Shown here: positions 9,373 to 19,379 of the stretch, piece by piece
How positions within the stretch are numbered: position 1 is the stretch's first letter
Layout of the letters: each line of letters opens with the position of its first letter
Assembly: GCA_038153405.1 (NCBI GenBank)
Contig: JAYOYH010000032.1
Coordinates: 1-54,916, forward strand
Direction of reading: 5' to 3'
Length of the DNA: 54,916 bases
Origin: Gemmatimonadota bacterium
GTDB lineage: Bacteria; Latescibacterota; UBA2968; UBA8231
The notes under the pieces: generated by a model
What the model was told of the DNA's origin: nothing
What the model saw: the letters and a program-made list of their open reading frames with translations, nothing else
Database searches by the model: none
Program-made: the position numbers and the translations under genes

Positions 9373-9402
9373 GATCGCCAGCCCCAACATAGGAGATACG
9401 CG

Positions 9403-10647
9403 ATGCAACTGCCCCGCATGGCCAAAGTAAAGCAGCACTTTGCCGCCACCGCGCTCGACGATGTCGAAGCCAGCGTGCGCCAAACGCTGGCCGCAGCCGA
9501 TTTGGCTGGATCCATCGCTGCGGGGCAGCGCATTGCCGTTTCCTCTGGCAGCCGCGGCATCGCCAATATTCCCCTCATTACCCGCACCGTCGTCGACTGC
9601 GTCAAGGAGGCGGGTGGACAGCCCTTTCTGCTGCCGGCCATGGGCAGCCACGGCGGCGCCAACCCCGAGGGACAGAAAGAGGTGTTGGCCAGCTACGGCA
9701 TCACGCTGGAGGCCATGGGCTGTCCGGTGGAAGCGACGATGGACGTGGTCGAAGTAGGGCGACTGGCCGACGATACGCCGGTGCTGCTCAACCGCCTGGC
9801 ATGGGAGGCCGATGGCGTTGTCCTGATCAACCGCATCAAGCCGCACACTTCGTTCCGAGGGCGCTTTGAGAGCGGCCTGATGAAAATGATGACCATTGGC
9901 TTGGGCAGCCATAAGGGAGCGACTATAGCCCATGCGCAGGGCGCCGAAGGCCTGGCGCGCCTCATCCCCGCCTGGGGCGCTGAGATTCTGGCCAAGGCAC
10001 CGATTTGCATGGGGCTGGCCATCGTCGAAAATGCCTACGAGGAAACGCTGCGCGTCGAAGCACTGCGCCCGGACCAATTCGAGAGCCGCGAGCCCCACCT
10101 GCTCGAAGAGGCCCGCGCCGCCATGCCACGCATTATGGTGCAGGGCGTCGATCTGCTGATTGTCGAGGAGATGGGCAAGAATATCTCCGGCACCGGCATG
10201 GACACCAACGTCGTCGGCCGCATGCTGCTGCCCGGCGTCAAGGAGCCCGAATCGCCCGGCGTGGCACGCATCGTCGCCCTCGGCCTAACGGAAGAGAGCC
10301 ACGGCAACGCCAACGGCGTCGGCCTAGCCGATATCATTACGCGCGATCTCTACGAATCCATCGACTTTCAGGCGACCTACGCCAACGTCTTTACCACGAC
10401 CTTCCTCAACCGCGCCAATATACCCGTGATCATGGACAGCGATCGCCAGGCCATCGAGGCAGCCATAGACGTGCAGCGTTTAGAGCATCCCGAGCGCGCG
10501 CGCGTTGTGCGCATTAAAAACACGCTCGACATCGGCGAAATAGAGCTCTCCGAAACGCTGCTGCGCGAGATTGCCAACCACCCCGATCTGCAGCAGGTCG
10601 GCGAGCTGATGGACATGCGCTTCGACGAACAGGGCCGCCTACGCTAG
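9403..10647 (+). CDS. LarA-superfamily (lactate racemase N-terminal-like, DUF2088/DUF362-type) protein
   Basis: GSRGIANI, PAMGSHGGA, NRIKPHT, ESGLMKM..IGLG, GKNISGTGMDTNVVGR, SHGNANGVG; RBS AGGAG. Confidence 0.8.
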   Translation: MQLPRMAKVKQHFAATALDDVEASVRQTLAAADLAGSIAAGQRIAVSSGSRGIANIPLITRTVVDCVKEAGGQPFLLPAMGSHGGANPEGQKEVLASYGITLEAMGCPVEATMDVVEVGRLADDTPVLLNRLAWEADGVVLINRIKPHTSFRGRFESGLMKMMTIGLGSHKGATIAHAQGAEGLARLIPAWGAEILAKAPICMGLAIVENAYEETLRVEALRPDQFESREPHLLEEARAAMPRIMVQGVDLLIVEEMGKNISGTGMDTNVVGRMLLPGVKEPESPGVARIVALGLTEESHGNANGVGLADIITRDLYESIDFQATYANVFTTTFLNRANIPVIMDSDRQAIEAAIDVQRLEHPERARVVRIKNTLDIGEIELSETLLREIANHPDLQQVGELMDMRFDEQGRLR

Positions 10648-10689
10648 ACGCCCCCGGAGTTCCGATCAGCTCCCAACGCTACCGCGCAC

Positions 10690-10723
10690 AAAAAAACCCG
10701 CTGGCCTCTCGGCCGCGGGTTTT
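10690..10723. terminator. Probable bidirectional intrinsic terminator
   Basis: A7-CCCGCTGGCC-TCTC-GGCCGCGGG-TTTT between convergent genes. Confidence 0.75.
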
Positions 10724-10743
10724 GGCGTTTAGAGCACCCTATT

Positions 10744-12204
10744 TCACAGCGCCTTGCGATAGCGCTGCGAGGGAATCTTGAGCTGGTCGCGGTATTTGGC
10801 CACCGTGCGCCGCGCGATCTGCAGGCCGTCTTCGCTCAGGCGGTCGGCAATCTCCTGGTCGGACAGCGGCTTGGCCTTGTCCTCGTCAGACACCATGCGC
10901 CCGATCTTGTCCTTTACGGAACGGGCCGAAACGTCCTCGCCATCGTCCGTGCTGACCCGACTGTCGAAAAAATACTTCAGCTCAAATACGCCGTGTGGCG
11001 TCTGCATATATTTGCCGTTGCTCACGCGGCTTATAGTCGATACGTGCATTTCCACCGCATCGGCTACGTCTTGGAGCACCATGGGCCGCAAATGCGAAGA
11101 GCCGTGCTCGAAAAAGTTCATCTGAGCGCGGACCAAATAGTTGGCGACGCGGAGCATGGTCGTGCGGCGCTGATGTATGGCGTTGATGAGCCAGCGCGCG
11201 TCGTTGAGCTTTTTCGATACGTAGGTCTTTACATCGTCGGGGCCCTTTTGCTGCTTGGGCTGCTTGAGCAAATCGGCGTATTCGGGGTTGATGCGCAGCG
11301 CCGGCAGCGTGCCATCGGCCAGCGATACCACCCAGTCCTCGCCGATCTTCTCGACGATGAGATCCGGCGTGATATAGGAAACTTCCGTATCCAACGTCAG
11401 CAAACCGTTGTAGTCGCTGCTGCTGGTCGAACCGGGATAGGGCTGCAAATTCTCGATGATCTCCAACGCCTCTTTGAGCAAGTCGTTGGAGATATTCAGC
11501 GCGCGTGTAATGCGCGTGAGGCGACGGCGCGTCAGGTCTTCCATGTGGTCGCGCACAATTTCCAGCGCCAACTCGGCCAGCGGCTCGTCGCTAAACGCCA
11601 GCTGGATCATCAACGACTCGCGCAGATCGCGCGCGCCGACGCCCGGTGGCTCCAAAGACTGGATCATGCGCAATATGCGCTCGGCTTCTTCGACCTCGAC
11701 GTCCAGATCGGCAGCAATATCTTCGATCGAACAGCCCAGATAGCCCCTGTCGTCGAGGTTGCCGATGATGTACTCGCCGATTTCGCGCTCCTCAAGAGAC
11801 AGCTCGCCCAGCGCCAGCTGTTCGCGCAGCTGCTCGACTAGCGGCGGTATCGTCGTGATGCGATTTTCCTGCGGCTCGCGATCAACCTCCCAATTGGGAT
11901 CGTATTCGGTGCGTTCGCTATTGTACGATCCCATGTCAAACTGGTCGTCTAAGAGGGCGTCGATATCGACCTCTTCGCTCTCCTGTGGGAGCTCTTCTTC
12001 CTCCTTTATGCCCTCTGTTTCCTCGGCGCTTTCTTCCGTCTCTTCGAGCTGCTCCATCGTCTCTTCAAGCAGGGGATTGATCTCCAACTGCTGCTTGATC
12101 TCCAGCTCCAATTCCAGCGTCGACATCTGCAATAATTGCAGCGACTGAATAAGCTGTGGAGCCATCTTTTGCTGAAGACTCAGATTTTGCGCAATTCGGA
12201 GCAT
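10744..12204 (-). CDS. rpoN: RNA polymerase sigma-54 factor
   Basis: PQLIQSLQLLQM, PPGVGARDLRESL, HVSTISR, RpoN box ARRTVAKYR. Confidence 0.97.
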   Translation of the reverse strand: MLRIAQNLSLQQKMAPQLIQSLQLLQMSTLELELEIKQQLEINPLLEETMEQLEETEESAEETEGIKEEEELPQESEEVDIDALLDDQFDMGSYNSERTEYDPNWEVDREPQENRITTIPPLVEQLREQLALGELSLEEREIGEYIIGNLDDRGYLGCSIEDIAADLDVEVEEAERILRMIQSLEPPGVGARDLRESLMIQLAFSDEPLAELALEIVRDHMEDLTRRRLTRITRALNISNDLLKEALEIIENLQPYPGSTSSSDYNGLLTLDTEVSYITPDLIVEKIGEDWVVSLADGTLPALRINPEYADLLKQPKQQKGPDDVKTYVSKKLNDARWLINAIHQRRTTMLRVANYLVRAQMNFFEHGSSHLRPMVLQDVADAVEMHVSTISRVSNGKYMQTPHGVFELKYFFDSRVSTDDGEDVSARSVKDKIGRMVSDEDKAKPLSDQEIADRLSEDGLQIARRTVAKYRDQLKIPSQRYRKAL

Positions 12205-12269
12205 AAAATTACTTATCTAAATACTTTTACAAGTATTTATATAGCTGGTTCGATAATTGCTGTAAAGAG

Positions 12270-12299
12270 AGTATACTATTAAAGGGGAAAAAGTGTCAA
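12270..12299 (-). promoter_or_regulatory. Sigma-70-type promoter for rpoN
   Basis: TTGACA-N18-TATACT on the minus strand in the AT-rich lptB-rpoN gap. Confidence 0.6.
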
Positions 12300-12324
12300 G
12301 TGACGATATGGCCGCTGAAGTGGC

Positions 12325-13050
12325 TCAGCGGTCCATGCGGAAGCGCTCGCCTAAATAAATGCGCCGCACTTGCTCGTCGCTGGTCAATTCGCCGGCGGTT
12401 CCCGCCGTTAGAATACGCCCGTCGACCATGATGTAGGCGCGGTCGGTAATAGCCAAGGTCTCGCGCACGTTGTGGTCGGTAATGAGCACGCCCAGGCCCT
12501 TGGCGCGCAGTTCGGAGACAATGTTCTGCAGATCTTCTACCGTGCGCGGATCGATGCCGGCAAACGGCTCGTCGAGCAGGATGTAGCGCGGATCGCAGGC
12601 CAGCGCGCGCGCGATCTCCACGCGGCGCGTCTCGCCGCCCGACAGCGTATCGGCGCGCTGGTCGGCGCGCGGCTCCAGATGCAATTCTACCAACAACTCT
12701 TCCAGGCGCTCTTCGAGCGCAGCCCGCTTCATCGGGCGCATTTCGAGCACTGCGCGAATGTTTTGCGCCACCGTCAGACGGCGAAAAATGGAGGTTTCCT
12801 GCGGCAGGTAGCCAATGCCCCGGCGCGCGCGGCGATACATCGGCAGCTCCGTTATATCGGTGCCGTCCAGTTCGATGCGGCCGTCGTCCGGCGTCACAAA
12901 GCCAACCATGCTGTGGAAAGTAGTCGTTTTGCCGGCTCCGTTGGGTCCCAACAGACCGACAATTTCGCCCGACTCCACCGCGATGCTGACGCCGTCGACG
13001 ACGGCTCGTCCTCCGTAGCGCTTGCGCACATTATCGGCTCGAAGTGCCAC
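12325..13050 (-). CDS. lptB: LPS export ABC ATPase
   Basis: [57 protein letters not shown]; sits upstream of rpoN. Confidence 0.95.
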   Translation of the reverse strand: MALRADNVRKRYGGRAVVDGVSIAVESGEIVGLLGPNGAGKTTTFHSMVGFVTPDDGRIELDGTDITELPMYRRARRGIGYLPQETSIFRRLTVAQNIRAVLEMRPMKRAALEERLEELLVELHLEPRADQRADTLSGGETRRVEIARALACDPRYILLDEPFAGIDPRTVEDLQNIVSELRAKGLGVLITDHNVRETLAITDRAYIMVDGRILTAGTAGELTSDEQVRRIYLGERFRMDR

Positions 13051-14900
13051 TACGGACCGTCCTCTGCCGGGAGGTAGTGGCCCTCGATATCCGGCCCCAC
13101 CTTCACTTTGGCCAGCGAACCATCGACAAAGTATAGATCCATTTCGCTTCCCTTGACGCTGTTTACAGTGGCCTCGCTCCCCGCCCGCACCAGGCGCGAT
13201 GCTAGGCGCGCATCGCCCTCGACGCGAACCTGATAGAGCCCCCCTTCGTCAAAGTAGAGCACCATCGAGTCGCCGCGAAATCGGCTCACCTCGTCCCGAC
13301 CGGCATGGCGATAGGTCACGTCGGCATCGCTCGCCAAGTCGACCTGCTGCAGTCGGTCGTCGCGCAGGGTGAAGGCGCCGCCCGAGCCGGACAACCAGCT
13401 AGTGCGCTGTCCATCTATTGCTATCTTACCCGACAGCGCGCCGCCAATCTCCGCGCGCTGGGCCACCCCGTCGTCGAGCAGAACGACCATCGAATCGGCC
13501 TCGATGCGGTATTGATTGAACGCACCGTCAGTGCGGCGTTCCAACACGACGCCTTCGCCAAAGGTAAAGCGCTGCGCGTCGGCCGCATAGCGACTGCGCT
13601 GCGCGCGGATGCGCACGTCGCCGCTGGACAGCGCGCACTGGCCGTCGCCCATTAGCGCGCGAGCGGCCATATCAAAGTGCATCGAGTCAGCCTCCCAGCG
13701 CAGGTCGTTTTCTTCTCTGCTGTGCAACCGCGGCGTTCCCAACAGCCAGCCGCGCTCTGCCCGCAGATCAAAAAATAGGCTATCGCCGCTTAGCACGCCC
13801 TCCCACGCTTCGCCCTTGACCGATACCCCACCGCCTGCGCGCAGCACGTCCCGACGACTGTCGTAGACCATGGTCTGCGCTCTCATCATCCGCTCGCCCT
13901 CGCTAAATAGCACTGCGCCGCTGGCCTCCACGCGCTCATCATCGCGCTCATAGTCCATGCGCAGCGCCTCCATGCGGCGACCGGCTCGGCGATAGCGCGC
14001 CGGATGGCCGGCAATCTGCGAGCGGTGCTCGCGCCACGCCTCGCGCCACTCCTCCGCCTCCAACTGTGCCTGACCGCGCTGGACGCGCACCTGACCGCGC
14101 GCGCGCAGTTCCTTTTGGTCGATGTCGACTTCGACATGCCGGGCGCTAAACGCGCCGGATGAATCCACCCCTTCCACGCCCCCGCCCAGCACCAGTTGGC
14201 GTTCATCCGGCAACCAGTGGGCCAGCGCGCAGCGCAGCTGCATGCCGGCCACCTGCAGTTCGGCTTTTTCATAGCGCACCTGCAGCGCACCGCCGACGCG
14301 CTGACTGCGCTCTCGCTCGGCGCGCACATCAACCTCTTCGTCGGCCCATTGCCAGCGCCCGTGCACATCGCTGAGCGCCCAGCTATCGGCTGAAGAGTCC
14401 GTTTCCAGATCGCGTCCCGTCTCCACACCGTCGGCCATCTCAATGCGCAGAGTGCCCGGTATGGCAACGCGCTCTCCCTCGGGATGCCAGCGCAGCGAGT
14501 CGGTGCGCGCACTCAAGCTATCGCCCATGTGCATGAGGACATGGCCCGCCATAGCGATCGTGCCGGTACGGTGGTCCAGATGCATGCGGTCGGCGCGCAG
14601 ATCGACCCCAGCCTGCCCAGAGGCATCGTAAAAAGCCATGCGCACGGACCCCGTCGCCAGCGCCTCTTGTCGCTCGCTGTACTCGCTAATCGAATCGGCG
14701 CGGATCTCTAAGCGCGCCCCCGGACGATTCAACTGCAGAAACACGCCCCGAGCCTCGGCATCGGCATCGGGTGCTTCCACGCGCGGCGCATCGGGTTCAA
14801 TGGGAGCACAGTGATTGAGCAGCAGGACAACGGCGCCAAAAAAAGGTCGCGCCCCGTGGCATAGGGCGCGACGCAGGATTGGAACTATAGACCAGTGCAC
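13050..14900 (-). CDS. Long LptC/LptA(OstA)-like beta-jellyroll repeat protein
   Basis: LptC-like N-part ([19 protein letters not shown]) followed by recurring 'A..M.YD....ASG.V' units; directly upstream of lptB. Start uncertain (GTG 14900). Confidence 0.7.
   Translation of the reverse strand: MHWSIVPILRRALCHGARPFFGAVVLLLNHCAPIEPDAPRVEAPDADAEARGVFLQLNRPGARLEIRADSISEYSERQEALATGSVRMAFYDASGQAGVDLRADRMHLDHRTGTIAMAGHVLMHMGDSLSARTDSLRWHPEGERVAIPGTLRIEMADGVETGRDLETDSSADSWALSDVHGRWQWADEEVDVRAERERSQRVGGALQVRYEKAELQVAGMQLRCALAHWLPDERQLVLGGGVEGVDSSGAFSARHVEVDIDQKELRARGQVRVQRGQAQLEAEEWREAWREHRSQIAGHPARYRRAGRRMEALRMDYERDDERVEASGAVLFSEGERMMRAQTMVYDSRRDVLRAGGGVSVKGEAWEGVLSGDSLFFDLRAERGWLLGTPRLHSREENDLRWEADSMHFDMAARALMGDGQCALSSGDVRIRAQRSRYAADAQRFTFGEGVVLERRTDGAFNQYRIEADSMVVLLDDGVAQRAEIGGALSGKIAIDGQRTSWLSGSGGAFTLRDDRLQQVDLASDADVTYRHAGRDEVSRFRGDSMVLYFDEGGLYQVRVEGDARLASRLVRAGSEATVNSVKGSEMDLYFVDGSLAKVKVGPDIEGHYLPAEDGP
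14838..14872 (-). terminator. Intrinsic-terminator-like hairpin after pyrG
   Basis: GTCGCGCCC-N9-GGGCGCGAC followed by CTTTTTTT on the minus strand. Confidence 0.55.
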
Positions 14901-14907
14901 GCGATGT

Positions 14908-16770
<1,863 letters not shown>

Positions 16771-17058
16771 TCAGTCGATTATTCTCGGAACTTTGAAATA
16801 GTCGCCTTGTCGGTCGGGCGCGATGGATCGCAACTCCGCCAGCGACGGAAAGAGTTCGGGCTCGTCGCGGCGAAATGCATTGGCCATGGGCAGCACGTGC
16901 GAAGTCGGTTCGACGTCTTCGGTATCCAACTCGTTGAGCTTCTCCATATAGGAGAGAATGCCGTTGAGTTCTCCCGTTAGAACGCGCTCTTCGCCTTCGC
17001 TAAAACGCAGGCGTGCAAGCCCGGCCACAACACGGACATCGTTAATTGTAACAGCCAT
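16771..17058 (-). CDS. gatC: Asp/Glu-tRNA amidotransferase subunit C
   Basis: VAGLARL, ILSYMEKLNELDTEDVEPTSH, YFKVPRII. Confidence 0.93.
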   Translation of the reverse strand: MAVTINDVRVVAGLARLRFSEGEERVLTGELNGILSYMEKLNELDTEDVEPTSHVLPMANAFRRDEPELFPSLAELRSIAPDRQGDYFKVPRIID

Positions 17059-17225
17059 ACAAATAACAAACTTATGGATTATATAGGGTTTCTTTTTTTC
17101 CGCGCATACCGCCGCCTAAATCGGACCTAATATGCTGCAAAGAACAGGCGGGCGCAAGAGTTTTGTCCCCTTGAACCCACACAGTCGTTTGCCTATACTC
17201 TGCCTTCAAAAGCAAAGGATAGACC

Positions 17226-17708
17226 ATGCCGAGCAAAGCGTTTACCGTGGCCGAAGCCAATGCAGTCCTGCCGCACATCGAGTCTATTTTACAGCGTTTA
17301 GAGGCCAAGAAGGCCGCGCTCGGACACCACGTGCAGAAGCTGCACATCCTCGACGCCCTGTGGGGCAGCGAAGTGAGCGATTCGCACAATCCGGACAACG
17401 ATGAGTTTCAACAGCACCGCCGTCGCATTGGCTATTTGAAGCGGGATATCGTGCAGATTGTCGAAGACGATCTGCTTTCGCTGGGCGTGCGCTTTCCGCA
17501 GGGCGGCCTGGAGCACGGGCTCATCGACTTTCCAACGACCTTTGAAGGCCGCTGGGTATTGCTGTGCTGGAAGCGCGGCGAAAACGCAGTGGGCTACTGG
17601 CACGAATTGGACGGCGGCTATGCCGGACGCCGAGAAATTCAGGCCGAGCACATCATCGCCATGGGGCGCGACGAAGGTGCGGTAGATTCTTCACCAAACG
17701 ATTTCTGA
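17226..17708 (+). CDS. DUF2203-family protein
   Basis: FTVAEANAVLP, GLIDFP, LLCWKRGE..V.YWHELDGGYAGR. Confidence 0.85.
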   Translation: MPSKAFTVAEANAVLPHIESILQRLEAKKAALGHHVQKLHILDALWGSEVSDSHNPDNDEFQQHRRRIGYLKRDIVQIVEDDLLSLGVRFPQGGLEHGLIDFPTTFEGRWVLLCWKRGENAVGYWHELDGGYAGRREIQAEHIIAMGRDEGAVDSSPNDF

Positions 17709-18521
17709 TGCCAATAGGTGGTCGGCCGCGCCGCGCGCATCGGCAAAGACCAACTCCCAGGCGGGGTGGTTCTCGACCAGCGCGGCCACCGCGTCGATGG
17801 CCCGCTGTTCCCACTGCGCGACGTTGAACGACTGCTCTAAAATGCGCTGGGCCGCCTCTGCCTGACCGAGGGGTCGCAGCGCGGACGGTCCGCTGCCCGG
17901 CAGGCGCGTAAAGAGCCGCGCCCTGCAGGGCACGGCGCCTTCGGCGCTGGCACACCAACCGCGGGGCGGCAGGTGCTTTCGATCGGCAAAGGATTTCCAA
18001 GGGGGCACAGAAATCGACGCTAACTCGGGAAAGAGCGACTGCGTGCCGGCATGGACGATGAGGTCGCGGGGAAAAGGTTCGACGCGCAGGGCGTCCATGT
18101 CGAATGCGGCGACTTCATCGCTGTAGACGGCAGCACCGCGCAGGCCGAGGGCCACGCACAGCGAAGTCTTGCCCGCACCCGACGCGCCGCATACAACAAG
18201 TGCACCGCCGTTGCGAACGACGACGCCAGCGTGCAGCTGGTAGCGGTGGGCCAGTCCCTCCATCAGCGCCCGCGTCATGCGCCACTCGAGCTCAATAAAA
18301 AAGGCGCGCTGCGTCGCGGCCAATGCGACCTGCTCGCCCCCTTCCCAAATTCCGTAGGCACCCTCTTGCCCGGCAAGGTACAACGCGCGCGCGTCTTCGG
18401 CACGTTCCTCGCTGCGCGCGCAGGGGTAGAGACTAGCCGCCCACGCCTCTAGTGCCGGCGACGCGCCCTGGAGAGCGAGTGCGCTATCGCCTATGCGATA
18501 CGCTGCCTGCCACTGGGACAC
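17691..18521 (-). CDS. HPr kinase-related P-loop kinase
   Basis: LHAGVV, CGASGAGKTSL (Walker A), YSDE, PFPR. Start moved to GTG 18521 after GAGGT. Confidence 0.75.
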   Translation of the reverse strand: MSQWQAAYRIGDSALALQGASPALEAWAASLYPCARSEERAEDARALYLAGQEGAYGIWEGGEQVALAATQRAFFIELEWRMTRALMEGLAHRYQLHAGVVVRNGGALVVCGASGAGKTSLCVALGLRGAAVYSDEVAAFDMDALRVEPFPRDLIVHAGTQSLFPELASISVPPWKSFADRKHLPPRGWCASAEGAVPCRARLFTRLPGSGPSALRPLGQAEAAQRILEQSFNVAQWEQRAIDAVAALVENHPAWELVFADARGAADHLLASEIVW

Positions 18522-18531
18522 ACCACCTCGC

Positions 18532-18816
18532 TCAAGCGGCGATGCGCACACCAGCCGGCCGGCGCAGACGCTCCAACTCGCCGCGTGCAGCGGCAACCTC
18601 GTTGAGTAGGCGAGAGCGGCGTATGGCGTACTGCCGCTGCTGGCGCTCGGCGTCCTGCAGCTCGGTTTGAACGGCGTTCATCTCGTCGGAGATAGCGCGG
18701 AACTCGCCGTCTATCTGTTGCATGTATTGGGTGCGTTTTCTCATCGAATTGGCCGTGACGATGCGCATGCACAGCGGCACGAGTATCAGGGCGAAACCAA
18801 GTGCGTATTCCAACAC
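18532..18816 (-). CDS. Small membrane-anchored coiled-coil protein
   Basis: N-terminal hydrophobic stretch then heptad-like Q/E/R-rich helix; purine-rich RBS. Confidence 0.65.
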   Translation of the reverse strand: MLEYALGFALILVPLCMRIVTANSMRKRTQYMQQIDGEFRAISDEMNAVQTELQDAERQQRQYAIRRSRLLNEVAAARGELERLRRPAGVRIAA

Positions 18817-18890
18817 GTCTTCCTGCTTTCCGGTATTACTTAGTATCCAACTATGCGATATATACTATATCGACTTCCGCACCTGATCCT

Positions 18891-19127
18891 CTACTGATTT
18901 CCGCTTTCTTTCTGCGCCTCCATCTTCTCGATGTCCGTCATAAGCAAGCGCAGGATCTGTCGTTCGCGCTGATTGACCCCCGCAACGAGGGCGAGAATTA
19001 GACGCATGGTCTCCCCCATCTCAAATTCGTCGTTGAGCGCCTTCATCACCGCGCGCCGATCCTCGGGCAGCTGCGCGACGATCTGGCCGTGGAGCGTTTC
19101 TATATTCAATCGTTTCCTTACCTCCAT
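18891..19127 (-). CDS. Hypothetical 78-aa helical protein
   Basis: ATG start, protein-like composition, fills the gap co-directionally with the downstream genes. Confidence 0.65.
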   Translation of the reverse strand: MEVRKRLNIETLHGQIVAQLPEDRRAVMKALNDEFEMGETMRLILALVAGVNQRERQILRLLMTDIEKMEAQKESGNQ

Positions 19128-19178
19128 TTTGCGCTAATCTGCACCCGGCAGCGCCGCGCGTCAAGCCGCACAAAATGC

Positions 19179-19207
19179 TTGACCCCACATCCAATATACA
19201 GTACTAT
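19179..19207 (+). promoter_or_regulatory. Sigma-70-type promoter for smc
   Basis: TTGACC-N17-TACTAT. Confidence 0.5.
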
Positions 19208-19379
19208 ATGCATCGCTCGACCCAAGTTATTGTGTATATTTTCGCCGCGTCCCCTTCCCCAGATGCGGGCGATAGGGCCCCATTCTCCCCAACTGGTGCC
19301 CGCCGCTCCCCCCACAGGTCGTAATCAATGCCTATATGCACCCCTGTACTAGCGGTGTATCTATCGGGAGTCCTGCATC

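Noticed and set aside
7676..10098. Long antisense ORFs (7676..8440, 8322..9113, 9361..10098) and similar ones across the window
   Set aside because: These are shadow ORFs expected from GC-rich codon bias opposite well-supported genes.
16771..17058. gatC without gatA/gatB
   Set aside because: Split gatCAB loci are common in bacteria.
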